Shown here piece after piece: positions 8,220 through 17,957 of a stretch of 64,000 nucleotides of DNA. The DNA comes from Actinomycetes bacterium (lineage in GTDB: Bacteria; Actinomycetota; Thermoleophilia; Gaiellales; JALYLC01). How positions within the stretch are numbered: position 1 is the stretch's first letter; the number at the start of each line of letters is the position of its first letter. Below the pieces are notes generated by a model that saw only the letters and a program-made list of their open reading frames with translations, ran no database searches and was not told the DNA's origin. Location of the stretch: assembly GCA_031361905.1 (NCBI GenBank), contig JANLRV010000121.1, forward strand, positions 9,545 to 73,544. Reading direction: 5' to 3'. The position numbers and the translations under genes are program-made.

Positions 8220-9425
8220 TCAGATCGCGTGCCGCTTGAGCAGCCCCCGCGCGATGATCAGCCGCTGGATCTCGTTCGTGCCCTCGCCGATCAGCATCAG
8301 CGGGCTGTCGCGGTAGAGCCGCTCGATCTCGAACTCCTTCGAGTAGCCGTAGCCGCCGTGGATGCGCATCGACTCCTCGACGCAGCGCTGGGCCACCTCC
8401 GTCGCGAACAGCTTCGCCATGCCGGCCTCGACGTCGGCGCGCCCGCCGGCATCCTTGGCGCGGGCGGCGGCGACGATCAGGTGCTTGGCCGCCTCGATCC
8501 CGGTCGCCATGTCGGCGAGCTTCGCCTGGATCAGCTGGTGCTGTGCGATCGGCTTGCCGAAGGCGTGGCGCTCCTGGGCGTATTGGATCGCCAGCTCGTA
8601 GGCCCGCAACGCGATCCCGAGGCCCCGCGCGCCGACGTTGATGCGGCCGGTCTCGATGCCGCTCATCATCTGGTAGAAGCCCTGGCCCTCGCCCGCAGGG
8701 CCGCCGAGGATCGACGAGGCCGGCACGCGGTGGTCGTCGAAGATCATCTCGGTCGACTCGACGCCCTTGTAGCCGAGCTTCTGGAGACCCGGCAGCGGGA
8801 TCGTGATGCCGCCCTGCACGGCGACCCCGGGCTCCTTCTCGACGATCAGCGCCGTCATCCCCGCCTGCGGCGGATCGGCCTTCGGATCGGTCTTCACGAG
8901 CAGCGCCATCAGGCCCGAGCGGAGGCCGTTCGTGACCCACATCTTCTGGCCGTTGATCACGAGCTCGTCGCCCTCGCGCCGCGCCGTCGCGCGGATCGCG
9001 CGCACGTCGGAGCCCGCCTCGGGCTCGGTCATCATGAAGCAGCAGCGGAGCTCTCCGGCGGCCAGCCGGGGCAGGTAGCGCTGCTTCTGCTCGGCGGTCC
9101 CGTGGCCCGCGAGCATGCCGCTCACCATGTAGACGCCGTTGACGATCCCGGCGACCGACATCCAGCCACGCGAGAGCTCGGTGATCGCGAGCGCGTAGGT
9201 CGTCAGGTCGAGGCCCATCCCGCCGTACTCCTCGGGGATGCGCATGCCGAACAGGCCCATCGCGCGCAAGCCCTGGACGATCTGCTCGGGGTACTCGTCG
9301 CGTGCCTCGAGCTCGTGGGCGACCGGGATGATCTCCCGGTCGACGAACTCCCGCACCGCGTTGAGGATGTCGCGCTGCTCGTCCCCGAGATCGAGGCCAT
9401 CGAAGCTGCAGATCCGCTCGCCCAC
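8220..9425 (-). CDS. acyl-CoA dehydrogenase
   Basis: 401 aa with full-length ACAD-like sequence (..GGMGLDLTTYALAITELSR.. and ..IHGGYGYSKEFEIERLYRDSPLMLIGEGTNEIQRLIIAR). GTG start. Confidence 0.9.
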   Translation of the reverse strand: MGERICSFDGLDLGDEQRDILNAVREFVDREIIPVAHELEARDEYPEQIVQGLRAMGLFGMRIPEEYGGMGLDLTTYALAITELSRGWMSVAGIVNGVYMVSGMLAGHGTAEQKQRYLPRLAAGELRCCFMMTEPEAGSDVRAIRATARREGDELVINGQKMWVTNGLRSGLMALLVKTDPKADPPQAGMTALIVEKEPGVAVQGGITIPLPGLQKLGYKGVESTEMIFDDHRVPASSILGGPAGEGQGFYQMMSGIETGRINVGARGLGIALRAYELAIQYAQERHAFGKPIAQHQLIQAKLADMATGIEAAKHLIVAAARAKDAGGRADVEAGMAKLFATEVAQRCVEESMRIHGGYGYSKEFEIERLYRDSPLMLIGEGTNEIQRLIIARGLLKRHAI

Positions 9426-9447
9426 GTGTCGCTCCCACGTCGGTTGA

Positions 9448-9476
9448 TAGGTCAGACGTTTTCGGAGACGAGTCTA
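9448..9476 (-). promoter_or_regulatory. candidate promoter (-10 TAGACT, 9476-9471) with operator-like 22-nt motif copy A (9469-9448)
   Basis: Minus strand reads cggTAGACTc GTCTCCGAAAACGTCTGACCTA. The motif would cover the predicted transcription start of the ACAD gene. It is 21/22 identical to copy B at 15822-15843. Confidence 0.5.
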
Positions 9477-9544
9477 CCGCGACGCGATCTCGCGATCGGG
9501 ACCGACGAGCGCGGCGCCTGCGCGATCGGTAGTCTGACCCATTC

Positions 9545-10513
9545 ATGAAGGGCCTCGGCGAGCGCATCCCCGTCCCCGTGCTGCTGCTCTTCACGATGGT
9601 GTTCTGGGGCGCGGCGTTCAACGTCACCGACGTCGCGCTGCACCACACGACGCCCGCGTTCACGGCGTTCGCGCGCGGCATCTTCGGCTTCCTGATCCTG
9701 CTGCCGTTCCTGCCGCTGCTCGGCTCGCGCCTGCCGCGCACCTGGCGGCTGTGGGGGTTCGCGGCTCTGATGGGCTTCGGCGGCACCTCGCTCTCGCTCG
9801 CCGGGCTCGCCGAGGGCACCGCGCGCGCAGGTCCCGCGATCGCGGCGGTGCTGCTCAACACGGCGCCGCTCTTCGTCGCGGTGATCGGCCGGTTCGCCCT
9901 GCACGAGCGCGTCACCGCGCTGCGCGCCGCCGGCCTCGTGATCGGCTTCGCGGGGGTGCTCGTGATCATCCTCGCCGGCGGATCGTCGAGCGGCGAGGAC
10001 GTCGTGATCGGTGGGGTGCTGACGCTGGCCGGTGCGCTCGGATATGGCTGCGCGGGCCTCTTGATCCGCTATCTCTCGCTGACCGGCGAGCCGTTCGACG
10101 TGGTCGGCATGACCGCCGCGCAGTTCCTCTGCGGCGGCGTCCTGCTGATCCCGTACCTGTTCCTCTCCGGCGATCTCGGCGGAAGCGACTGGGGCTCGGG
10201 CGAGCTCTGGTGGTCGATCGCGTTCGTGGTGATCGGCGCCCAGGTGCTCGCGTACCTGACGTTCAACATCGCGCTGACGCGATGGCCCGGCTCACGCGTG
10301 TACCCATGGGCGTTCCTCGCGCCGGTCGTCGCGATCCTGATCGAGGCCGTGCGAGGACACCTGCCCGGCGTCTTGCCGACGCTCGGCATGGCGATCGTCG
10401 TCGTCGGGCTCGTGATCGTCAACCTGCCGGCCGCAGACGCGCCCGACGATCAGACGACGACGTCCCCGAACACGCCCGACTCGGCGAGCCGCTCGACGTC
10501 CGCTTCGGCGTAG
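9545..10513 (+). CDS. DMT superfamily (EamA-type) transporter
   Basis: 322 aa with about 10 hydrophobic segments and duplicated EamA-like halves. The C-terminal tail overlaps the convergent CoA-transferase by 64 nt. Confidence 0.8.
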   Translation: MKGLGERIPVPVLLLFTMVFWGAAFNVTDVALHHTTPAFTAFARGIFGFLILLPFLPLLGSRLPRTWRLWGFAALMGFGGTSLSLAGLAEGTARAGPAIAAVLLNTAPLFVAVIGRFALHERVTALRAAGLVIGFAGVLVIILAGGSSSGEDVVIGGVLTLAGALGYGCAGLLIRYLSLTGEPFDVVGMTAAQFLCGGVLLIPYLFLSGDLGGSDWGSGELWWSIAFVVIGAQVLAYLTFNIALTRWPGSRVYPWAFLAPVVAILIEAVRGHLPGVLPTLGMAIVVVGLVIVNLPAADAPDDQTTTSPNTPDSASRSTSASA

Positions 10514-11685
10514 CCGCAGCGCTCGACGAGAACCTCGCGCGTGTGCTCGCCGCGCCTCGGAGCCGGGCGCAGCTCGGTCAGCCGGCCGTCGACGCGAAGC
10601 GGCGAGCGGATCTGGCGCACGGTGCCGAGGACGGGATGCTCGGTCTCGGCGATCAGCCCGCGCGCCGCGGTCTGGGGATCTTCCACCGCGCCGGCGATGT
10701 CGTTGATCGGACCGCAGGGGACGCCCGCGGCGCCCAGGCGCTCGAGCCACGCCGCGGAGGTGTCGGTGGCAAGCACGGCCGCGAGCTCGCCGACGCACGA
10801 CTCGCGATGCTCGAGCCGTGCCGCCATCGCCGAGAAGCGCGGGTCGGTGACCATCCAGCCGAGGCCGAGCACGTCGCAGAGCAGGACGAAGAACTTGTCC
10901 TTCGCGCAGGCGACCACGATGTAGCCGTCGCTCGTGGCGAAGTTCTGGAACGGCACCACCGAGGGGTGCGCCGAGCTCGCGGTGCGGTAGGGCTCCCAGC
11001 CGCGTGAGAGGTGCCAGGTCGTGATGTACATGTTCAGGTTCATCGCCGTCTCGAACAGCGAGATGTCGCAGTCGCAGCCGACGCCGTCACGCCGCGCGCC
11101 CCAGAGCCCGCACATCAGCGCCAGCGCGGCGACGTACCCCGTCGACATGTCGACGAGCGACAGCCCGGTCTTCTCCGGCGGGCCGTCCGGCTCGCCGGTC
11201 AGCGACATCCAGCCGGCATAGCCCTGCAGGATGTAGTCGTAGCCGCCCTCCGCGGCGCGCGGCCCCGTCATGCCGAAGCCCGAGAGCGAGCAGCAGACGA
11301 CGGCCGGGTTGACGTCCTTCAGGTCCTCGTAGCGGATCCGCAGCTTCTCGGGACCGTCACCGCGCAGGTTGCTGTAGACCGCGTCGGCCGCGCGCACGAG
11401 GTCCTCGAAGACCGGCCGCGCCTGCGGGTGCGAGAGATCGAGCGAGACGCTTCGCTTGTTGTGGCAGAAGGTCTCGAAGAAGAGCGAGTCCTCGCCCTCC
11501 TGGAAGGGCGGGACGTAGCGCCCGACGTCGCCGCGGCTGCGCGGGTCCTCGATCTTGATCACATCTGCGCCGAGGTCTGCGAGATGCACGCTTCCCCACG
11601 GCCCCGCGCCGTACTGCTCGATCGCGATGATCGTGATGTCCTCGAGCGGCGGGCGCCGCCGATCGGGCACCCCGTCCTCGCTCAC
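10450..11685 (-). CDS. family III (CaiB/BaiF) CoA-transferase
   Basis: GTG start at 11685 shares GTGA with the hyuB stop. VSEDGVPDRRRPPLEDITIIAIEQYGAGPWGSVHLADLGADVIKIEDP is a CoA_transf_3-like opening. The long upstream extension in the ORF track is antisense-type artefact. Confidence 0.85.
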   Translation of the reverse strand: MSEDGVPDRRRPPLEDITIIAIEQYGAGPWGSVHLADLGADVIKIEDPRSRGDVGRYVPPFQEGEDSLFFETFCHNKRSVSLDLSHPQARPVFEDLVRAADAVYSNLRGDGPEKLRIRYEDLKDVNPAVVCCSLSGFGMTGPRAAEGGYDYILQGYAGWMSLTGEPDGPPEKTGLSLVDMSTGYVAALALMCGLWGARRDGVGCDCDISLFETAMNLNMYITTWHLSRGWEPYRTASSAHPSVVPFQNFATSDGYIVVACAKDKFFVLLCDVLGLGWMVTDPRFSAMAARLEHRESCVGELAAVLATDTSAAWLERLGAAGVPCGPINDIAGAVEDPQTAARGLIAETEHPVLGTVRQIRSPLRVDGRLTELRPAPRRGEHTREVLVERCGYAEADVERLAESGVFGDVVV

Positions 11686-13571
11686 GGCACCTTCGCGTAG
11701 GGCGAGATCGCCATCGGGTGCGGCGTCGAGACGAGCGTCAGGAGCTCGCCGTGGAAGTCGTCGCCGCGCGCCGCGCGGAGCTCTGCCCGCAGCTTCGTCG
11801 AGGCGGCCTCGTCGATCACGAGGTCGTCCGAGATGACGACGCCGTAGGCCTCGCGCGCCAGCTCGATCGTGGTGAAGTCGTCGAGCACGTCCTCGAGCAC
11901 CATCCGGGGCTCGCGATCGAGCGGGTTGCCGTAGCCGCCCGAGTTCGGCTCGGTCAGCTGGATCACCTCGCCCGCGTCGCAGAGGAAGCCCGTCACCTTC
12001 GCCGGGATGTCCCGCTCGTTGCCGTCCTTGTCGATGAATGTCGACTTGCCGGGCAGGCCGTCGTAGCCGCCGAAGATCCCGCGCGGCGGATCGGTGTGCC
12101 GGTCGCCCTCGCAGGAGTAGACGCCCGGCTCGAGGAAGCGGTTCTTGCGCACGATGCCGATGCCGCCGCGCCACTGGCCCGGCGCGGCCGGATCGTCGCG
12201 CAGCTCGTAGCGGTCACAGCGCATCGGGAAGCGCATGTCGAGCTCCTCGATCGGGTTGTTGCGCGTGTTCGCCATCAGGCAGTCGACGGAGTCCATGCCG
12301 TCGCGGCCCTTGCGGCCGCCGTAGCTGCCCTCGTCGACCTCGAGATAGAGCCAGTACTCGCCCTTCTCGGGGATGAAGCCGGCGTACGAGCAGAAGTGCA
12401 GCGCGGCCGAGTTGCCCGCCGTGACGAGCTCGGGGACGACCGCCGAGAGCGCCACGATCGTGTTGTCGACGACGCGCTGGCACTGGCAGAAGCGCGAGAA
12501 GCAGGCGCGCGGGAAGTTCGGGTTGAAGATCGTCCCCTTGGGCGCGATCACGGTGACGCAGCGGAAGATCCCGTCGTTCTGCGGCACGGGCTCGTCGAGC
12601 CGGTCCTGGTCGAGCAGCAGCGTGCGGATCGCGAAGTACGCCGCGACGAGCAGCGACCCCTCGAATGGCACGTTGTAGCCCGTCGGCACCTCGGCGTTCG
12701 AGCCGGTCAGGTCGATCGTGATGTGGTCGCCCTCGACGACGATCTTCGTCTCGACCCGCAGGCGCACGTCGCGGTTGCGCCCATCGTCGTCGAGCCACGC
12801 CGTTGGCGCGACGTACTCGCCGTCGGGAAGCTTCGAGATCTCCGCGCGCAGGCGCTTCTCGGAGTAGTCCATCCAGTCGTAGGCGGACGACATGCAGACG
12901 TCGGCCCCGTACTTCTCGAGCAGGCGATAGAAGCGGTCGCGCCCGAGGATGCAGGCGGCCATCATCGCGTGCATGTCGCCGCGGTTCATCGTCTCGGTGC
13001 GCACGTTGTCGAAGACCATGCGGTCGAGGTCCTCGTTGAGCTTGCCCGCGTCGTACCACTTCAGCCCGTTGTAGATCTTCGACTCGGCGTACATGTCGAA
13101 CGAGTCGGCGTTGATGCCCGGGTAGGAGCCGCCGACGTCGAGCACGTGCGCGGTCACGGCCGTGAAGCCGATCAGCTCGCCCTTCCAGAGGATCGGCACC
13201 GCGACCGCGATGTCCGGCGTGTGGGAGGCGCCGAGGTAGGGGTGGTTGTGGATGATCACGTCGCCCTCCTTGAGGTCCTCCTTCTTGATGCGCTGGAGGA
13301 ACCCGCGGATGTACCAGGGCAGCGAGCCGATGTGCATGGGCGTCGACTCGGACTCGCACAGCTCGCGGCCCTCGGCGTCGAAGATGCCCGCGCCGAGATC
13401 CTCGGACTCGCGGATGATCGAGCTGTAGCTCATGCGGAAGAGGACGCCCGCCATCTCCTGGGCGATCGCGTCGAACGCGCCGCCGAGCACGCGCAGCGTG
13501 ATCGGGTCGACCTTGACGCGCTTGCGCGTGGGGGGGCCGGGGGAGACACCGACTTCAGGCAGATCAGCCAT
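11682..13571 (-). CDS. hydantoinase B / oxoprolinase family protein (HyuB-like)
   Basis: 629 aa. ..VDPITLRVLGGAFDAIAQEMAGVLFRMSYSSIIRESEDLGAGIFD.. is the canonical HyuB N-terminal region. SD GAGGAA before the ATG. Confidence 0.9.
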   Translation of the reverse strand: MADLPEVGVSPGPPTRKRVKVDPITLRVLGGAFDAIAQEMAGVLFRMSYSSIIRESEDLGAGIFDAEGRELCESESTPMHIGSLPWYIRGFLQRIKKEDLKEGDVIIHNHPYLGASHTPDIAVAVPILWKGELIGFTAVTAHVLDVGGSYPGINADSFDMYAESKIYNGLKWYDAGKLNEDLDRMVFDNVRTETMNRGDMHAMMAACILGRDRFYRLLEKYGADVCMSSAYDWMDYSEKRLRAEISKLPDGEYVAPTAWLDDDGRNRDVRLRVETKIVVEGDHITIDLTGSNAEVPTGYNVPFEGSLLVAAYFAIRTLLLDQDRLDEPVPQNDGIFRCVTVIAPKGTIFNPNFPRACFSRFCQCQRVVDNTIVALSAVVPELVTAGNSAALHFCSYAGFIPEKGEYWLYLEVDEGSYGGRKGRDGMDSVDCLMANTRNNPIEELDMRFPMRCDRYELRDDPAAPGQWRGGIGIVRKNRFLEPGVYSCEGDRHTDPPRGIFGGYDGLPGKSTFIDKDGNERDIPAKVTGFLCDAGEVIQLTEPNSGGYGNPLDREPRMVLEDVLDDFTTIELAREAYGVVISDDLVIDEAASTKLRAELRAARGDDFHGELLTLVSTPHPMAISPYAKVP

Positions 13572-13587
13572 GGAAACCCTGTTCCTC

Positions 13588-15711
13588 TCAGTGTCCGCGT
13601 TCCGCGGCCTGCTGGACGGCCTTGGAGTAGGTGATGACGAGGTTGCCGACGCGGTCGACCTTGCACGAGAACCCGGGCGGCACGACCGTCGTCGAGTCGA
13701 ACTGCGTGATGATCGCCGGGCCTGCGATGACGTTGCCGGCGACGAGCTCGGTGCGCTCGTAGAACGCGGTCTTGAGCTTCTTCAGCTTGCCCTTGTCGCG
13801 GAACCAGGCATCGGCTGAGAGCTTCAGCGCGCCCTTCGGCGGCGTCGCCTTGCCGCGCGCCACCTGCGGCGCCTCGAGGCCGGGCATCACGCCGACCGCA
13901 CGGACGCGCACGTTCGCGATCTGGACGTCCGCGTCCTCGAAGCGACGCGAGTACTCGCGCTCGTGGATGTCGTGGAACGCCTCCTTCATCGCGTCGATCC
14001 AGCCGGCGTCGACCGATCCGGAGCCCACGTCGATCCGCAGCTCGTAGCCCTGCCCCTCGTAGCGCGCCTCGGCGATCCGCTCGAGCCGGACCTTCTTCCG
14101 CGCGATGCCGTCGAGCTTGAACTGCCCGAGCGCCTCGGCCTCGAGCCGCTCGAAATGCCGCTCCAGCACCTTGCACGCCGCGCGGTCGCCGTAGAGCTGA
14201 GACGCCATCGCGTACGACGTCGCGGCGTACTCGTAGACCATGTCCGTCGTCAGCAGACCGAGCGCCGCGGTGATGCCCGGATAGCTCGGCACGAGCACGT
14301 TCTTGACGCCGACCTCCGGCGCGATCTCGGGCGCGAACAGCGGGCCGCCGCCGCCCTCGGCGACGAGCACGAACTCGCGCGGATCGAAGCCCTTGCGCAC
14401 CGAGGCCTGCTCGATCGCATCGACCATCGAGTGCACGAGGATCCGGTAGGCGCCCATCGCGGCATCCTCGATCGAGGTGCCGAGCTTGCTCGCCAGGTGC
14501 TCGGCGATGGCGGCGCGGGCGAGATCCTCGCGCAGCTCCATCTTGCCGCCGAGGAACAGCTCGGGCCGCAGCCAGCCGAGCACGATCATCGCGTCGGTCG
14601 CGGTCGGCTCGGTGCCGCCCCGGCCATACGCCACGGGGCCCGGATCGGCGCCTGCCGAGCGCGGGCCGACGCGGAAGATGCCGCCCGCGTCGATATAGGC
14701 GATCGAGCCGCCGCCCGCGCCGATCGTGTCGACGTCGACCATCGGGATCATCGCCTGGTACGGGCCGACCTTGGTGTCGAGCAGGTGCTTCATGCGCAGC
14801 TTGCCGTCCTGCGCGAGGCCGATGTCGGCGGACGTGCCGCCGACATCGAGCGTGATCACGTTCGTCTCCTTCGACTGGCGCCCCGTCCAGATGCCGCCGA
14901 CGACGCCGGCGATCGGCCCCGACATCAGCAGGTTGACGGGCTTCTCCATCGCCCCCTGCGGCGTCGCCACGCCGGCGGCGGAGGTCATCAGGTGGATGCC
15001 CGACTTGAGGTTCATCGCGCGCAGCGCCGCGTCGAAGCGGCCGATGTAGCTCGAGACCTTGGGCCCGACGTACGCGTTCAGACCGACCGTCGAGAAGCGC
15101 TCGTACTCGCGGTACTGCGGGATCACCTCGCTCGAGACCGAGAGGAACGCCTCGGGGAACTCCTCGCGCACGATCGCCGCGACGCGCTGCTCGTGCTCGG
15201 GGTTGAGGAACGAGAACAGCAGGCAGACGGCGACCGACTCGACCTTCGCCTCCTTGAGCCGCCGGACCTGGGTGCGCACCTCGTCATCGTCGAGCGGGAT
15301 CAGGACGTTGCCGTCCTTGTCGATGCGCTCGTCGACGGTCAGCCGGAAGCGCCGGCGCACGATCGGGAAGGCCTGCCAGGGCAGGTTCTGCCAGAGCGAG
15401 AAGTTCATCGGCTTCTTGTGCCGCGCGATGTGCAGGATGTCGCGGTAGCCCTTGGTCGTGATCATCCCGACCTTGGCGCCGTTGTGCTCGATCACGATGT
15501 TCGTGGCCACGGTCGTGCCGTGGAAGACCTGGTCGAGCTGCGCCGGCTCGATGCCAGCCATGGTGCACAGCTCGGTGATGCCCTGGACGGTTCCGATCGA
15601 GGGATCGGCAGGCGTCGACGGGGTCTTGTGGACGATCACCGTCCCCGCCTCGTCGTCGATGTAGATGAGGTCGGTGAAGGTGCCGCCGACGTCGACTCCG
15701 ATTCGACGCAT
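13588..15711 (-). CDS. hydantoinase A / oxoprolinase family protein (HyuA-like)
   Basis: 707 aa. MRRIGVDVGGTFTDLIYI.. SD AAGGAGAGG directly upstream of the ATG. Confidence 0.9.
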   Translation of the reverse strand: MRRIGVDVGGTFTDLIYIDDEAGTVIVHKTPSTPADPSIGTVQGITELCTMAGIEPAQLDQVFHGTTVATNIVIEHNGAKVGMITTKGYRDILHIARHKKPMNFSLWQNLPWQAFPIVRRRFRLTVDERIDKDGNVLIPLDDDEVRTQVRRLKEAKVESVAVCLLFSFLNPEHEQRVAAIVREEFPEAFLSVSSEVIPQYREYERFSTVGLNAYVGPKVSSYIGRFDAALRAMNLKSGIHLMTSAAGVATPQGAMEKPVNLLMSGPIAGVVGGIWTGRQSKETNVITLDVGGTSADIGLAQDGKLRMKHLLDTKVGPYQAMIPMVDVDTIGAGGGSIAYIDAGGIFRVGPRSAGADPGPVAYGRGGTEPTATDAMIVLGWLRPELFLGGKMELREDLARAAIAEHLASKLGTSIEDAAMGAYRILVHSMVDAIEQASVRKGFDPREFVLVAEGGGGPLFAPEIAPEVGVKNVLVPSYPGITAALGLLTTDMVYEYAATSYAMASQLYGDRAACKVLERHFERLEAEALGQFKLDGIARKKVRLERIAEARYEGQGYELRIDVGSGSVDAGWIDAMKEAFHDIHEREYSRRFEDADVQIANVRVRAVGVMPGLEAPQVARGKATPPKGALKLSADAWFRDKGKLKKLKTAFYERTELVAGNVIAGPAIITQFDSTTVVPPGFSCKVDRVGNLVITYSKAVQQAAERGH

Positions 15712-15779
15712 CCCCTCTCCTTCTGGTCAACGTGGCAGACGCCCGGTCAGGCAGCGCGGCGAGCGCAGCGCGTCAACCG

Positions 15780-15808
15780 TTTATAGACGCGGCGGACGCG
15801 CGGGTCAA
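15780..15808 (-). promoter_or_regulatory. sigma-70-type promoter TTGACC-N17-TATAAA for the hyuA-hyuB-CoA-transferase operon
   Basis: Minus strand: TTGACC (15808-15803), 17-nt spacer, TATAAA (15785-15780). The ATG at 15711 lies about 70 nt downstream. Confidence 0.6.
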
Positions 15809-15821
15809 CATCGAGCTGGAT

Positions 15822-15843
15822 TAGGTCGGACGTTTTCGGAGAC
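15822..15843 (-). promoter_or_regulatory. operator-like 22-nt motif copy B
   Basis: Minus strand GTCTCCGAAAACGTCCGACCTA. It begins immediately after the Fe-ADH stop and ends 13 nt upstream of the -35 box. 21/22 identical to copy A. Confidence 0.5.
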
Positions 15844-17106
15844 TCACAGGCTCGCGCGCAGGATCGCCTCGAGATCGCCGGCGGCGACCGGGCAGGGCGT
15901 GCAGACGAGCAGGCGCTGCTGCTTGAGGGCGCCCTCGACGAGCGACGGCAGATCGTCCTCGCCATAGCCGAGCTCGCGCAGCCCGTGCGGCGCGCCCGTG
16001 TCACGCATCAGCTGCTCGAAGGCGCGCGGGAGGGCGTCGTGGTCGTCGGCCTCGACGGGAGCGCCGGTGAGCAGCTCGGCCGCGCGCCGGTGGCGCTCGG
16101 GTGCCGCCGGCTCGGTGAACCGGAAGGCGGCGGGCGCGGTCAGGACGACCGCGAACCCGTGCGGGACGAAGCGGCTCTCGCCCGGATACCCCGGCGGCTT
16201 CCACTCGTGTCTGAGGCCGGCCACCGGATAGGAGCACGCGTGCGGGATGTGGACGCCTGCCTGGCCGAACGCACGGCCGGCCGTCGACGCGGCGAGCGCC
16301 ATCTCGGTGCGCGCGCCGTGGTCTGAGCCATCGGCGACAGCGCGCCGCAGCGCGCCGCCGGCGAGCCGGATCGCCTGCTCGCTCCAGAGATCCGAGACGG
16401 GGTTCGCGCCCTGGTAGGGCGGGCGCAGGTCGGGCGAGGCGGCTCGGGGGCGCGCGTCGTAGGCGATCGCCGTGTACGACTCGATCGCGTGACAGAGCAC
16501 GTCAAGGCCCACCGCCGCGGTCACTGCCGCGGGCGTCGTCAGCGTCAGATCGGGATCGACGATGCCGAGCAACGGGCGCAGGTAGGCGTGGGAGATGCCG
16601 CTCTTGACGTGATGGTCGGGCAGATCGATGATCGCGACGGTCGTCGCCTCGGCGCCGGTTCCGGCGGTCGTCGGCACGCCGATCAGGGGTAGGAGCGGCC
16701 CCGGCACGGGCGTGCCGAGCCCGATCGGCGCGTTGAGGTAGTCGTAGATGCCGCCCGGATGCGTCGTCAGCAGCGCGGCGATCTTGGCCGTGTCGATCGC
16801 CGACCCGCCGCCGAGCCCGACGAAGCCGTCGAAGCCGCCCTCCCGCGCCGCCTCGACCGCGACCGCGACCGTCTGCTCGCTCGGCTCGACGCCGCTACCG
16901 GCGAAGACCTCGACCTCGACGCCGGCGGCCCGGATCGCCTCGACCACGGGGCCGGGCAGCCCGATCGCCGCGAGGTGCGGATCGGTCACGACGAGCGCGC
17001 GCGTGACGCCGGCCTGGCGTAGATGCCAGCCCGTCTCGAGCGCCGCGCCGGGCCCGAACACGAGCGGCGTGCCGGCGACGGTGAAGATGCGCTCGTGGTC
17101 GCTCAC
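15844..17106 (-). CDS. iron-containing (group III) alcohol dehydrogenase / hydroxyacid-oxoacid transhydrogenase-like
   Basis: 420 aa. GGGSAIDTAKI and later His-rich metal-site regions are typical of Fe-ADH. The GTG start shares GTGA with the upstream stop. Confidence 0.85.
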   Translation of the reverse strand: MSDHERIFTVAGTPLVFGPGAALETGWHLRQAGVTRALVVTDPHLAAIGLPGPVVEAIRAAGVEVEVFAGSGVEPSEQTVAVAVEAAREGGFDGFVGLGGGSAIDTAKIAALLTTHPGGIYDYLNAPIGLGTPVPGPLLPLIGVPTTAGTGAEATTVAIIDLPDHHVKSGISHAYLRPLLGIVDPDLTLTTPAAVTAAVGLDVLCHAIESYTAIAYDARPRAASPDLRPPYQGANPVSDLWSEQAIRLAGGALRRAVADGSDHGARTEMALAASTAGRAFGQAGVHIPHACSYPVAGLRHEWKPPGYPGESRFVPHGFAVVLTAPAAFRFTEPAAPERHRRAAELLTGAPVEADDHDALPRAFEQLMRDTGAPHGLRELGYGEDDLPSLVEGALKQQRLLVCTPCPVAAGDLEAILRASL

Positions 17107-17957
17107 GGATTCACGTCCCAGTCGTCCTTGCCAAGGGTCTCGTTGAGCTCGTCGAACGGCATCATCCGCGGCACGAAGGCACGCGTCGAGCCGCTCTCGC
17201 GCAGCGAGGCGGCGAGCTCCTTCGTCGACTGCGCGGCGGCGAACAGCGTCGAGGTCGGATACAGCGCGATCGCGAAGCCGAGCGCCTGGAGCCCCTGCGC
17301 GCCGAGATCGGGCGTGCGGCCGTACTCCGAGATGTTGACGAGCAGCGGCTTGCCGATGCCGGCGGCGCCGATCGCGCGCAGCTCGTCCTCGGAGCGCGGG
17401 GCGTCGACGAAGATCACGTCGGCGCCCGCGGCGGCGTAGCGATGGGCGCGCGCGATCGCATCGTCGAGCCCGGTGACCGCGATCGCGTCGGTGCGCGCGA
17501 CGATCACGGTGCCGGGGTCGCAGCGCGCGTCGAGCGCCGCGCGGAGCTTCTGCTCGTGCTGCTCGACGGGGATCACGTCCTTCCCCTCCATGTGGCCGCA
17601 GCGCTTCGGGAAGACCTGGTCCTCGAGCTGGATCGCAGCGACGCCGGCGCGCTCGAGCTCCTGCACGGTGCGGATCACCTGCGCGACCTCGCCGTAGCCG
17701 GTGTCGGCATCGGCGATCACGGGGATGCCGACGGCCGAGCAGAGCCGCCGGGCGTGGTCGACCATCTCGGTCGAGCTCGTGATGCCGAGGTCGGGGAGCC
17801 CGAAGGCCGCGGCCGAGGCGGCATACCCGCCGCGGTAGATCGCCTCGAACCCGGCCCGCTCGAGCAGCCGTCCCGTGAGGGCATCGAAGGCACCCGGCAC
17901 GACGAGGACCTCGCCGGTCGCGAGGCGATCGCGGAGCACCTGACCGGGAGACGCCAT
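17103..17957 (-). CDS. isocitrate lyase / PEP mutase superfamily enzyme (methylisocitrate lyase or oxaloacetate decarboxylase-like)
   Basis: ..VVPGAFDALTGRLLERAGFEAIYRGGYAASAAAFGLPDLG.. and ..EDQVFPKRCGHMEGK.. are superfamily signatures. I prefer ATG 17957 (ATGA overlap with the maoC stop) over GTG 17969. Confidence 0.85.
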   Translation of the reverse strand: MASPGQVLRDRLATGEVLVVPGAFDALTGRLLERAGFEAIYRGGYAASAAAFGLPDLGITSSTEMVDHARRLCSAVGIPVIADADTGYGEVAQVIRTVQELERAGVAAIQLEDQVFPKRCGHMEGKDVIPVEQHEQKLRAALDARCDPGTVIVARTDAIAVTGLDDAIARAHRYAAAGADVIFVDAPRSEDELRAIGAAGIGKPLLVNISEYGRTPDLGAQGLQALGFAIALYPTSTLFAAAQSTKELAASLRESGSTRAFVPRMMPFDELNETLGKDDWDVNP

